The notes beneath the pieces were generated by a model, which was not told where the DNA came from, did no database searches, and was given only the letters and a program-made list of their open reading frames with translations. From positions 1-37,390 of the IMG/VR virus record IMGVR_UViG_3300037722_000528: DNA of 37,390 bases. One strand, written 5' to 3'. Shown piece after piece: positions 1 to 7,764 of this stretch. Source of the stretch: a virus (taxonomy: Duplodnaviria > Caudoviricetes). The translations under genes were made by a program, and so were the position numbers. Within the stretch, counting starts at the first letter, position 1; every line of letters starts with the position of its first letter.

Positions 1-127
1 AGTCGGGACCGGACTCGACGTTCGGAGTGCCAGACTTTTTCCGTCTCAGCTTCGACATGGCGGCGCCGCAGTCGGTCGATTCGTCAGCCGTAATCGCCCA
101 GGAGATCAAGACGGTCCACCTGGACCC
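1..127. repeat. Terminal direct repeat (left copy); circular-assembly overlap
   Basis: 1-127 is identical to 37264-37390, and the reading frame continues across the join. Confidence 0.97.
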
Positions 128-986
128 GGATTCGATTATCTCGAGCCCCGCGTTGATCAAGAGCGGCGTCGTCCGTAACGTGCACCTGTTCAGTGGTCTC
201 AATGGGGCGAAGATCTCGAGCGGGACGATCGGCAGTACGCAGCTCGCCGCCGGCGCCGCCCGGGCGAACCTCTTTGTCGCCGGTCTCGCCGACTTGACGG
301 GCTTCGCGCTTGGCCTCCCCGACTCCGGCAGGATCCGGCTCGACAGCTTGGACGTCGACGTGATCGCGCGCATCAACACGCTGAACGTCAACTCCGGGTC
401 GATGATCGCAAACGATGCGGCAGTGATCCTGACCGTGCCGCTCGAGGCCGATTCGATCCATGCGGGCGATGGAATCCGCACCGAGGGACTCCTCTACGCG
501 GCCGGCACCGGGAGCGATCTGCGGGGCAACGTCTCGACTGGGACCGGGTTGACCAGCGTGTTCACCGCTCGTGGCACGGTCCACGCCAACAACGATCTGG
601 AGTCGGGAGACGACGTGAGCGTGGGCGACGATCTCGACGTCAACCGCACCGCGTCCATAGGGGACTCGACTCTCTTGGGGCTCGACTACGGCGCAGCTGA
701 TTCGCTGGCCACAGCAGCGCAGATCACCGGTTGGATTGTCCACGACGGTACGTATTTGTTCCAAGATACGTTGGCCGCGGGGACTCTATCGGCAGTCTTC
801 AAGGTGCCGGGCGCGCGTACGTGGGATACGTTGGTATTTGCTACGCCAGCCACGAATACAGTGGCCCCGGGTGCGGCTTCCAACTCTCCGCTGGCAAACG
901 TTACAGGCGTCGGAGAGATCACGATTACGCGAGGCAGTAGCACGGGTGACGTAACGTACAACATTCTGGTGCTGAAACGGCGATGA
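1..986 (+). CDS. 3' part of origin-spanning tail-fibre-like protein (full gene 36957..37263 + 1..986, 430 aa)
   Basis: In frame with the ATG at 36957 across the join. Fibre-like repeats (GAKISSGTIGSTQL, GDDVSVGDDLDV). Last tail gene before lysis. Confidence 0.7.
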   Translation, partial: SGPDSTFGVPDFFRLSFDMAAPQSVDSSAVIAQEIKTVHLDPDSIISSPALIKSGVVRNVHLFSGLNGAKISSGTIGSTQLAAGAARANLFVAGLADLTGFALGLPDSGRIRLDSLDVDVIARINTLNVNSGSMIANDAAVILTVPLEADSIHAGDGIRTEGLLYAAGTGSDLRGNVSTGTGLTSVFTARGTVHANNDLESGDDVSVGDDLDVNRTASIGDSTLLGLDYGAADSLATAAQITGWIVHDGTYLFQDTLAAGTLSAVFKVPGARTWDTLVFATPATNTVAPGAASNSPLANVTGVGEITITRGSSTGDVTYNILVLKRR

Positions 987-1099
987 AGTAGTACCGCACG
1001 TCTCGTTGGGGCCAACGGGGACGCGCAAAAACGAATGGGGCCGAAGCGCGCGCCGACTACCCGCTGCGTCGCGCGGAGGGGAAATCGTGAGGCTGGTCA

Positions 1100-1390
1100 G
1101 TGACGGACAAACAAGCGCCGGGATTCCGCGTACCGTGGGTCGCTGTGGGAGTCCTGCTCAGCATTGCCGTGTTGGTGGGCTCGTTTCTGATCCGCGTCAA
1201 TGCGGGCGATGCCACGACGGCGCTCCGATTGTCGGCGCTCGAGCGTCGCATCGACCAGGTCGAGCGCGATCAGAGGGAAGCGGCACTCGCACAGCAGCAG
1301 CGGCAAGAGCGCCTGTCTTCGACGCTCACGGATCTCCAGGTCCGCCTGGCGCGGCTGACTCGCGGAACCGGGAGGCCAGATGAAGATTGA
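1100..1390 (+). CDS. Single-TM coiled-coil membrane protein (lysis-associated)
   Basis: Hydrophobic segment VPWVAVGVLLSIAVLVGSFLI followed by heptad-rich sequence; lies upstream of the endolysin. Confidence 0.6.
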   Translation: MTDKQAPGFRVPWVAVGVLLSIAVLVGSFLIRVNAGDATTALRLSALERRIDQVERDQREAALAQQQRQERLSSTLTDLQVRLARLTRGTGRPDED

Positions 1391-1658
1391 TAAACGCGCA
1401 CGCTGGTGGATGGCGGGATGGGTAGCCCAGCTCGTGCTGCTCGCCGTGGTCGGCCGGGTCTTCGCCGACGTGGTCCGCAAGGTGGCGACGAGCGTCGAGC
1501 AGGATCGGCGCCGCCAAGTGACCGTCGAGATGGTGAGTCTGCATGCCAAGCTCGATGAGATCGCGCAACGGCAGGATATCCTCATCGAGGGACAAACCAA
1601 GATGCTGGCGGCGCAGATCGAACAGCTCCAAATCCTCAGGGAGCACGACACCAAGTGA
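1380..1658 (+). CDS. Single-TM coiled-coil membrane protein (lysis-associated)
   Basis: GGAGG upstream, N-terminal TM, coiled-coil tail; stop overlaps the endolysin start (GTGA). Confidence 0.6.
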   Translation: MKIDKRARWWMAGWVAQLVLLAVVGRVFADVVRKVATSVEQDRRRQVTVEMVSLHAKLDEIAQRQDILIEGQTKMLAAQIEQLQILREHDTK

Positions 1659-2104
1659 GCTTCGATCGTCAGGACTTCCGCGGCTTCGTCTCGCACGTGC
1701 TGCGCGAGGCTGGTCTGCACTCGCCAGCCGCCGTCGAGCTGCTCCTCGGCACGTGCGCGGTCGAGACCGATTTCGGCCGCTATCGGCGGCAGCTCGGCGG
1801 TGGCCCCGGGTGTGGCCCCTACCAGATGGAGGGCGCGACGTGGGGCTGGCTGAGACCGCATTACCAGAGGCGCCTGCCCGAGATCCGAGACCGGACCGTC
1901 CTCGAGATGGTTTGGGATGACCGTTTCGCCACCATCGCGGCGCGGCTCCGGTACCTGATCGTCCCGGAACCGCTCCCGCCGGCCGACGACATCGAGGCGC
2001 TCGCCAGGTACTGGAAGCGGCACTACAACACCGCGCTCGGCAAGGGAACGGTGGAAGGGTTCATCGCCGCGTACCAGCGGCACGTGGTGGGGGCGGTCGC
2101 ATGA
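1655..2104 (+). CDS. Putative endolysin (lysozyme/transglycosylase-like)
   Basis: LLLGTCAVET (candidate catalytic Glu), GPYQME and YWKRHYNT motifs typical of a phage lysozyme-like family; sits among membrane-protein genes. Confidence 0.7.
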   Translation: MSFDRQDFRGFVSHVLREAGLHSPAAVELLLGTCAVETDFGRYRRQLGGGPGCGPYQMEGATWGWLRPHYQRRLPEIRDRTVLEMVWDDRFATIAARLRYLIVPEPLPPADDIEALARYWKRHYNTALGKGTVEGFIAAYQRHVVGAVA

Positions 2105-2174
2105 TGGTCCGTGATCGAGTCCATCGCTCCGTCTGGACGACGGTCCACAGCGGCCGCCCCCACCAGGGGCCGGC

Positions 2175-2648
2175 ATGGTAGCGCACCTCGCATTCGGGCT
2201 CTCCCCGGATACGCCGGCGGTCGCGATGCGGGATCACACCGTGATCTGGATCGGCCAGACGACCCCAGCGGGGACGGCGGTCTTCGCCTCCCAGGATGGT
2301 GAGGCGCGCTACGAGATCTCGACCCTCCTCGGGGACGACGATCCGCCGCCTCGAGGCAAGCCGAAGCTCCCGGTCGCGGAGGGGCAGCGAGGCCTCCAGT
2401 TCGATCCGCGCGACGGTTCGCTGGTCGTCTGCCTCACGGAGCGGGCCGAGATCTCCGTGAGCGTGTACGACGCCGCAGGCCGGCTCGTCGCGACCCCGCA
2501 CGATGGCGAGCTCGGAGCTGGCGAGCATCGCATCGCCTGGGGATGCCGAGGAAGCGACGGAGCTGCTCTGCGCGCGTCCGGGATCTACTTCGTGCGGATC
2601 TCCGCCGGCGCGCAACGGGTCACCGGCAGAGTGCTGGTGCTCCGATGA
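2175..2648 (+). CDS. FlgD Ig-like / T9SS C-terminal-sorting-like domain protein
   Basis: C-terminal VSVYDAAGRLV...GEHRIAW...ASGIYFVRI...RVLVLR matches the FlgD_ig/CTD pattern; no signal peptide visible. Confidence 0.75.
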   Translation: MVAHLAFGLSPDTPAVAMRDHTVIWIGQTTPAGTAVFASQDGEARYEISTLLGDDDPPPRGKPKLPVAEGQRGLQFDPRDGSLVVCLTERAEISVSVYDAAGRLVATPHDGELGAGEHRIAWGCRGSDGAALRASGIYFVRISAGAQRVTGRVLVLR

Positions 2649-2758
2649 CGAGACGGAGCCGCATGCCGGGCCACGATGGACCGGCGAATGAGCGGTCACT
2701 CGCAGAGCGCGCGGCTCTCGCGTGGCTCAAGCGGCGGGTCGAGAAAGAGAGGAAGAAG

Positions 2759-3031
2759 ATGTCCAAGATGTCGGTCGGAGACAAGAGCGCGGTCCGGTCT
2801 AGTTCGATCTGGGGCACGATGCTGATCGCAGTCGGAACCCTCATCGTCGCAGTCGGTCACGTGCTGACGGGTGACCAGACCTGGGGCGATGTCGCGGCTG
2901 TAGTCCAGCAGGTCGACATCATCGGGATCGTACTCGGCGTGGTCGGTCTCATCGTGCAGGGGGTGGGGCAGCGCAAGGCGCAGGGGCGCGCCATCGTCGC
3001 GGCCGAGGATGCGCAGAGACCGAGGTCGTGA
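2759..3031 (+). CDS. Putative holin (2 TM) with M-S-K-M dual start; an in-frame ATG at 2645 is also possible
   Basis: AG-rich SD before 2759, KSAVRSSSIWG motif, two hydrophobic helices, charged C-terminus. Confidence 0.6.
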   Translation: MSKMSVGDKSAVRSSSIWGTMLIAVGTLIVAVGHVLTGDQTWGDVAAVVQQVDIIGIVLGVVGLIVQGVGQRKAQGRAIVAAEDAQRPRS

Positions 3032-3333
3032 TCCGCTGGAAGCGCAAGCCGGGACCGCTCTCGAAGAGGTGGGGAGGGCTGGCCCGGCATGCTCTCACCG
3101 GTGCCGCGGCCTGGGCTGTGGGCCGATTCCTGATCGGACACTGGCTCGGTTCGGAGGCTGGGGCGGCGCTCGGGGTGTCGGTCGCATGGGCAGCCGGGTA
3201 CGTCTGGGAGTACCACACCCCGGAGATCAGCCGACAGGTGACGTGGCCGCATCCCTTCGGCGATGTCCTCGACTACGCGGCCTTCGGCGCGCTACTCGCG
3301 CCGCTCGAACTACTCGTGCGGATCCTCTGGTGA
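3028..3333 (+). CDS. Small multi-TM membrane protein
   Basis: GTGA coupling to the holin; about 3 hydrophobic segments. Confidence 0.6.
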   Translation: MIRWKRKPGPLSKRWGGLARHALTGAAAWAVGRFLIGHWLGSEAGAALGVSVAWAAGYVWEYHTPEISRQVTWPHPFGDVLDYAAFGALLAPLELLVRILW

Positions 3334-3389
3334 GCAAATCTCGGCATCGAGCCGCATCGCTAGTTCCGTCATGTAGCGTCGCAAGTTCG

Positions 3390-3617
3390 TCAGGCGCTAC
3401 GTAGCCTCCACCGCTCCCGGTAGTAGGCCAGGTGCGCCTTGCAATACCGGCGATCCGGAGCGGCAGACTCCCCGCAGGTCAGGCAGAGCTTCAGCCGGCG
3501 CCGCCGGCGACGGATCCGGGCCTCCTGGTCGCGGGCGAGTTCGAGGCAACCGCGGCACTTCGTCCGGCCCCGGGCGGGCCGCTCCCCGCAGTGGTGGCAT
3601 CCGGAAGCGTAGGGCAT
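3390..3617 (-). CDS. Small basic Cys-rich (zinc-finger-like) protein, 75 aa
   Basis: MPYASGCHHC...CRGC...CLTC...CKAH with an Arg-rich linker; GAGG before the ATG at 3617. Confidence 0.6.
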   Translation of the reverse strand: MPYASGCHHCGERPARGRTKCRGCLELARDQEARIRRRRRRLKLCLTCGESAAPDRRYCKAHLAYYRERWRLRSA

Positions 3618-3630
3618 CAGCTCGCCTCGT

Positions 3631-3873
3631 CTAGCAGTCAGCGTAGAGCCAGTGATGCACGCCGCCGTGGTGCGAGCACGCCCCGCTCCCGGTCGCCTCG
3701 CTGTGCGTCCCGTCGTTGCAGACGGCGCCGATCCGGGGGCCTTCGCAGGGCGGAGTGGGAGACGTCGGATTGTCGTCATCCCCGCTGCACGCGGGGGTGA
3801 GCACGAGCGCGGCCAGTGCGGCAACGCCGAGCCAGGCACGGAGTTTAGATCTGAGCTTTGGGGAGCGGCTCAA
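3631..3873 (-). CDS. DUF3761-like lipoprotein, 80 aa
   Basis: TTG at 3873 with GAAGGAG SD; basic N-region, hydrophobic core ending LTPAC; C-terminal CNDGT...GACSHHGGV motif. Confidence 0.75.
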   Translation of the reverse strand: MSRSPKLRSKLRAWLGVAALAALVLTPACSGDDDNPTSPTPPCEGPRIGAVCNDGTHSEATGSGACSHHGGVHHWLYADC

Positions 3874-4405
3874 TTTGGGTCTCCTTCGGTTGTGGACTGA
3901 GGAAGTGCGTCGGGACAATTCCGATTTGACCGCGCCTGGGACCGGCAAGAACAGTCACCCGGGATACATCGATTCCCCGATTCACCACGCTACAGGCGGT
4001 GTCCTTGTCGACCATCCAGATCTGTCCCGCTCTCTCCAGTGCGGTCAAATCTGCTGAGTTTCGACATCGGATCGCCGTGGTCAGGCTCTCATCAGCTTCT
4101 TTTGTAGCCGCCATCGGGACTACTTGCGCTCCAGCAACTCGCAGAACCGCCGGCCCGTCGAAGTGGACGTAGCTTCCGGTCCAGAACCTCACTTCCCACG
4201 GTGCTTGAAGCGGGAGCGTCGATTTCTTGGATGGCACCGCAACGAGGTACAGCCAGACCAACACCGGGCTCACGAGAAGCGAGAGCGTCAGGACAGCGCT
4301 CACGCTGCGCCCCTTCTCTCTGGCGATGCGGGCGTTGACGATAGCGAGGGCCGCGGAGAAAACGATTGCCGACAGAAACACGCCCCAAGTCACGCCCTCG
4401 AACAA
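3845..4405 (-). CDS. Two-TM membrane protein with soluble C-terminal domain (accessory; possible superinfection exclusion)
   Basis: TM-IAREKGRS-TM pattern; TTG start with GAGGGA SD; directly downstream of the putative repressor. Confidence 0.65.
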   Translation of the reverse strand: MFEGVTWGVFLSAIVFSAALAIVNARIAREKGRSVSAVLTLSLLVSPVLVWLYLVAVPSKKSTLPLQAPWEVRFWTGSYVHFDGPAVLRVAGAQVVPMAATKEADESLTTAIRCRNSADLTALERAGQIWMVDKDTACSVVNRGIDVSRVTVLAGPRRGQIGIVPTHFLSPQPKETQIEPLPKAQI

Positions 4406-4419
4406 TGGGTGCCATCCCT

Positions 4420-4683
4420 CTACTTGTCGCGGATCTTGAGCTCGGGCGGAAGGTCGGCGGCCCGAACTGGGTTCTGCTCGAGCAGCATCTGGATAGCATC
4501 GTCATGGTCGAGCCTGTGAGCACGGCGCCAAATCTGATAGGCGAGCCAGGTCGATTCTCGCAGTCGAAACGTGCAATTCTGAAGCGGCTCATGGATTTCG
4601 GGCGTTGGTTCCGGAGCCTTTTGCTTCGCCCTGGGCATCCCGTTCCTCCGACCGAAATCGATACGGACCAGCTCGCTCGACAT
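4420..4683 (-). CDS. Putative RHH-like regulator in repressor position; second in-frame start at 4638
   Basis: Alternating strand NCTFRL followed by two helices (STWLAYQIWRRAH, HDDAIQMLL); divergent from the rightward operon. Confidence 0.5.
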   Translation of the reverse strand: MSSELVRIDFGRRNGMPRAKQKAPEPTPEIHEPLQNCTFRLRESTWLAYQIWRRAHRLDHDDAIQMLLEQNPVRAADLPPELKIRDK

Positions 4684-4740
4684 TGGGGCAGCCTCCTCCC
4701 GGCGCGGTTCCCTCCGGTCCCCCAGACCCCAAGCAAGCCC

Positions 4741-4851
4741 TGACGGGAAATCACAGTACAGAAGTGATTGTCATTCATGCAACTAGAGGAAAACAGGAAC
4801 ACAGGATAAAAAGTTATTGACTAAAACAGGTAGGTATCCGATTACTGTCCC
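4741..4851. promoter_or_regulatory. AT-rich divergent promoter/operator region
   Basis: Inverted repeat AATCAC-N9-GTGATT (4749-4769); ACAGG repeats at 4793, 4801 and 4826; TTGACT at 4817-4822. Confidence 0.65.
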
Positions 4852-5064
4852 ATGGCACTGATCACGCTGAACGTTCGTGATGACGAAAACGCGTCGCTGC
4901 GGAGGGCGCTCAAGGTGCGTGCCGCAGAGCGCGGCGTGTCGCTGTCGGACTATGTGGCGGACGCCCTGTGGGAACACCTGCGGACGGAGTCCGCGGGGCC
5001 TCAAGCAAGCCCGCCTGATGGAGCCCGCAGGGGGTCCGCCTCCCAAAAGGCAAGCGTCGCATGA
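4852..5064 (+). CDS. Arc/FitA-like ribbon-helix-helix protein (Cro position)
   Basis: MALITLNVRD...LRRALKVRAAERGVSLSDYVADAL is a typical RHH pattern. Confidence 0.8.
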   Translation: MALITLNVRDDENASLRRALKVRAAERGVSLSDYVADALWEHLRTESAGPQASPPDGARRGSASQKASVA

Positions 5065-5288
5065 CGACGCGGGAACCCCTCCTGGACGCGCGCGCCGCCG
5101 CCGAGCTGCTCGGGGTCCATCTCCGGACGCTCCAGCAGTGGGCGCAGCAGGGCCGGGTCCCTTGCCTGAAGGTCGGCTCCCGCCTACGGTTCCGCCGTGC
5201 GGAGCTGGAGGCTTGGGCTGAGGGGCGGGGGGTGAACCATGCCCAGACGGCCAAAGCATCTGGCGATCAAGCGGTGCGGGGACTGTAG
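5061..5288 (+). CDS. xis: Excisionase-family HTH DNA-binding protein
   Basis: LLDARAAAELLGVHLRTLQQWAQQGRVPCLKVGSRLRFRRAELEAW; overlaps the integrase start. Confidence 0.85.
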   Translation: MTTREPLLDARAAAELLGVHLRTLQQWAQQGRVPCLKVGSRLRFRRAELEAWAEGRGVNHAQTAKASGDQAVRGL

Positions 5289-6321
5289 CGGATGCACGAG
5301 TCAACCTCGAGGAGTCTGCCGGAGGCCCTGCTACTACTACCGGCGGCGGGTGAACGGGACCGAGCTGCGCAAGTCGCTCGGGAGCCACTACCCCGAGGCG
5401 CGCAGGCTGGCGTCTCTCGAGGATGCCCGGATTCGGCGGCGGAAGGCCGCAGGGATGGATCCTCGGGAGCCGACCGTCTCCGAGTTCGGGGAGACCTGGA
5501 AACGGCTCTACGTGGGGCGCAGGCGCAATCCCAAGGGTCGCGAGCTGGCGGCTCAGCGGCTGCGGGACTTCGTTCTGCCGGCGATCGGGTCGCTGCGGCT
5601 CTCCGAAGTTCGGGCGCAGGACCTCGAGGAGATCGTCGTCTCGCTCTCGGAGCGGCTCTCGGCGCAGAGCGTCCGTCACGTGATGGCAGATCTTCGGTGT
5701 CTGCTCGGCTATGCGGTCAGGAGGGACGCCCTCGCCAAGTCTCCGTGGGCGCCCGAGCTGATGCCGCAGCAGATCGAGCAGCTCCCGCGGGCGCTCACCG
5801 ACGAGCAGCTCCGGGCCGTGATCGCCGCCTCGGAGGGGCGATCCTCGCAGGCGCTCATCATCCGGCTCCTGGTCACGACTGGGATCCGGTGGGGCGAGCT
5901 GCATCGGCTGACCTGGCACGACGTCCGGCTCGATCCGCCAGCGTGCCTGGAGCTCGAGAGGACGAAGTCGAAGAGGGTGCGGCGCGTGCCGCTGCCGAGC
6001 GAAGCCGTCGAGCTGCTCCGGGAGGAGCGGGCCCGACAGCAGGCCTCGGAGACGCCCTCGATCCATGTGCTCGCGACGCGGACCAAGAATCCGTGTTCGT
6101 GGGTGACGCGGAGCCGGACGCGGAGCGGGGTCCACTGGACCGTGCACCAGCTCCGGCACACGTTCGCCGTGCGGTACCTGCAGGGAGGAGGCTCGCTCGC
6201 CGTCCTGCAGCAGATCCTCGGACACTCGACGGTGCTGATGACCCAGCGCTACTCGCAGCTGTCGGAGGCGTTCGTAATGAGCGAGGCGGCCCGGATCGAT
6301 CTTCGCTCGGAGCGGGCGTAG
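5239..6321 (+). CDS. int: Tyrosine integrase
   Basis: Catalytic motifs TGIRWGE, K (RTKSK), HQLRH, LGH and TQRY; adjacent to a tRNA-derived attP. Confidence 0.97.
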   Translation: MPRRPKHLAIKRCGDCSGCTSQPRGVCRRPCYYYRRRVNGTELRKSLGSHYPEARRLASLEDARIRRRKAAGMDPREPTVSEFGETWKRLYVGRRRNPKGRELAAQRLRDFVLPAIGSLRLSEVRAQDLEEIVVSLSERLSAQSVRHVMADLRCLLGYAVRRDALAKSPWAPELMPQQIEQLPRALTDEQLRAVIAASEGRSSQALIIRLLVTTGIRWGELHRLTWHDVRLDPPACLELERTKSKRVRRVPLPSEAVELLREERARQQASETPSIHVLATRTKNPCSWVTRSRTRSGVHWTVHQLRHTFAVRYLQGGGSLAVLQQILGHSTVLMTQRYSQLSEAFVMSEAARIDLRSERA

Positions 6322-6324
6322 ATT

Positions 6325-6595
6325 CGGGCACTTTGGGTGGGTGCATTGGCCAATGTCTTGTGGGATACGACGATAGAGGACTGAAGAACCCGACTGCAAA
6401 ACCGTTATTCTCCGGTTCAAATCCGGATGGCGCCTCCAAACTCAACCTCCAGATTCGCACCGAGATACGAGGCAAGGTCGCAGTCGAGAATCACTTCGAT
6501 CCTCTCCTGATCCCCCCTGAGGCACGAACCTAGACGAGTCTCCGCGAGTGCTCGCAAGGCGTGACGCACGCCGAATCGGGCACCAAAGCGGGCAC
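6325..6595. repeat. Candidate integrase arm-type sites flanking attP
   Basis: CGGGCAC at 6325, 6577 and 6589; palindrome CATTGGCCAATG at 6344-6355. Confidence 0.5.
6394..6438 (+). other. attP: attP core: 3' part of tRNA-Cys(GCA) from the anticodon loop to CCA
   Basis: CTGCAAA anticodon loop, T-arm TCCGG-TTCAAAT-CCGGA, acceptor 3' strand ending GCGCCTCCA. The 5' half (D-arm and pairing partners) is absent. Confidence 0.9.
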
Positions 6596-6757
6596 CCGAA
6601 CACCCACCACCGCGACCAAGAGAGCGGGCCTCGGGACCGTCCAGCCAGACACATCCCGAGGCCCTGGCGACAGGGTCGGAGTGGTGTCCTCCCCTGCCGT
6701 TGGGCCCGAACGATACCACCCGTCCGCGCACCACCGCGAGCGGGGAGGTCCCTGGCC

Positions 6758-7363
6758 ATGAGAGACCCTATCTACGCCTCGATCGAGAGCTACACCCCGG
6801 ACGAGCTGCGGCTCACGCTCGTGCCGGCCCTGACCCAAGACGTCCACGTCCACCGGCACTCCACCAATCCGACAAGGCTCGCGGTGGTGATCGTGTGCCG
6901 GGAGCTCCATGAGCTCCGTCCCCTCTACGAGCTGCTCCGCGCCCGCTTCGAGCAGGAAGACACCCCGTCGGCCGGCGGTTCTCCGGACTCTTGCCAGGGA
7001 CCGGAGGCCGCCGCGTCGGCGGGGCAGTGTCCAGAGTGCCGCCACCCGATGGACGATCACGGCCCGAGCGGCTGCCACGCGGCCGTGAAGGTCAGTCATC
7101 TGGCTGACGAGCACGGGAGCCCGGTGTGTGACTGCCCGGTCCGCGCGTTCAGCGGGGACGAATTCCGTTCCTACCTCGGCCGCCACCCCCAGTACACCGA
7201 CGAGGAAGAGGCCCGCGCCGAAGCCGAACACGAGACCCAGATCTGCCGGGAGGAGCTGGAGGCCGAGGACCAGCGCAGGGAGGCCGGCAGAGCCCTCGGC
7301 GCCGGTCGCGAGCAGCTCACCGACGAGCAGGTCCGGCACTACGCGGCGGGCGGTGCCCGATGA
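6758..7363 (+). CDS. Hypothetical early protein with Cys/His cluster, 201 aa
   Basis: GGGGAGG SD before ATG 6758; CPECRH...H...CH...CDC. Confidence 0.65.
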   Translation: MRDPIYASIESYTPDELRLTLVPALTQDVHVHRHSTNPTRLAVVIVCRELHELRPLYELLRARFEQEDTPSAGGSPDSCQGPEAAASAGQCPECRHPMDDHGPSGCHAAVKVSHLADEHGSPVCDCPVRAFSGDEFRSYLGRHPQYTDEEEARAEAEHETQICREELEAEDQRREAGRALGAGREQLTDEQVRHYAAGGAR

Positions 7364-7764
7364 GCACCATACGCATCCTCTCGATCTCCGGCGCAGTGTT
7401 CTACGAGTCTGAGGCTCCCAACGTGCGCGCTGCACTCGTGGAGGCGGTCGCGCAGCGTGTCGTCCTGGGCGGCGCGGACCTGCGCGGCGCGGACCTGGGC
7501 AATCGCCGGGTCCTCCAGATCGCAGGCTCGCGTGACTGGATCGTCGTGATCCAGACGCCTGAGTCGGTCGAGGTGTCGATAGGCTGCTGTCGCCACGATC
7601 TGCCGCACTGGCTGGAGCGCTATCAGGGCATCGGACTCGAGTACGGCTACACGCCCGAGCAGATCGCGGAGTACGGCGCGCATCTGCGGCACGTCGAGGC
7701 GTGGGTGCGGATGGCTCCGGTGCCGATCGCGGAGCCTGCGCAGACCGGGGAGGTGGCTCCATGA
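7360..7764 (+). CDS. Protein with short pentapeptide repeats
   Basis: LGGADLRGADLG; ATGA-coupled on both sides. Confidence 0.65.
   Translation: MSTIRILSISGAVFYESEAPNVRAALVEAVAQRVVLGGADLRGADLGNRRVLQIAGSRDWIVVIQTPESVEVSIGCCRHDLPHWLERYQGIGLEYGYTPEQIAEYGAHLRHVEAWVRMAPVPIAEPAQTGEVAP

Noticed and set aside
27-986. Independent 319-aa gene starting at 27
   Set aside because: The frame is open back across the join to ATG 36957, which has a strong SD.
987-1099. Riboswitch or intrinsic terminator after the fibre gene
   Set aside because: A hairpin exists (about 996-1026) but is followed by As, not Us, and the GGGACGCGCAAAA resemblance to c-di-GMP-I lacks the other conserved elements.
4852-5288. FitAB-like toxin-antitoxin pair
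   Set aside because: The gene after the RHH is an excisionase-type HTH, not a PIN or other toxin.
4783-6420. Long antisense ORFs (for example 4783..6420, 12326..14227, 22402..23757, 27380..28948, 35123..36670)
   Set aside because: They shadow well-supported plus-strand genes, have low-information Arg/Pro/Gly-rich sequence, and are expected at this GC content.
6361-6438. Complete phage tRNA-Cys gene
   Set aside because: Upstream bases cannot form the anticodon stem, D-arm or acceptor stem; only the 3' part is present, as expected for attP.
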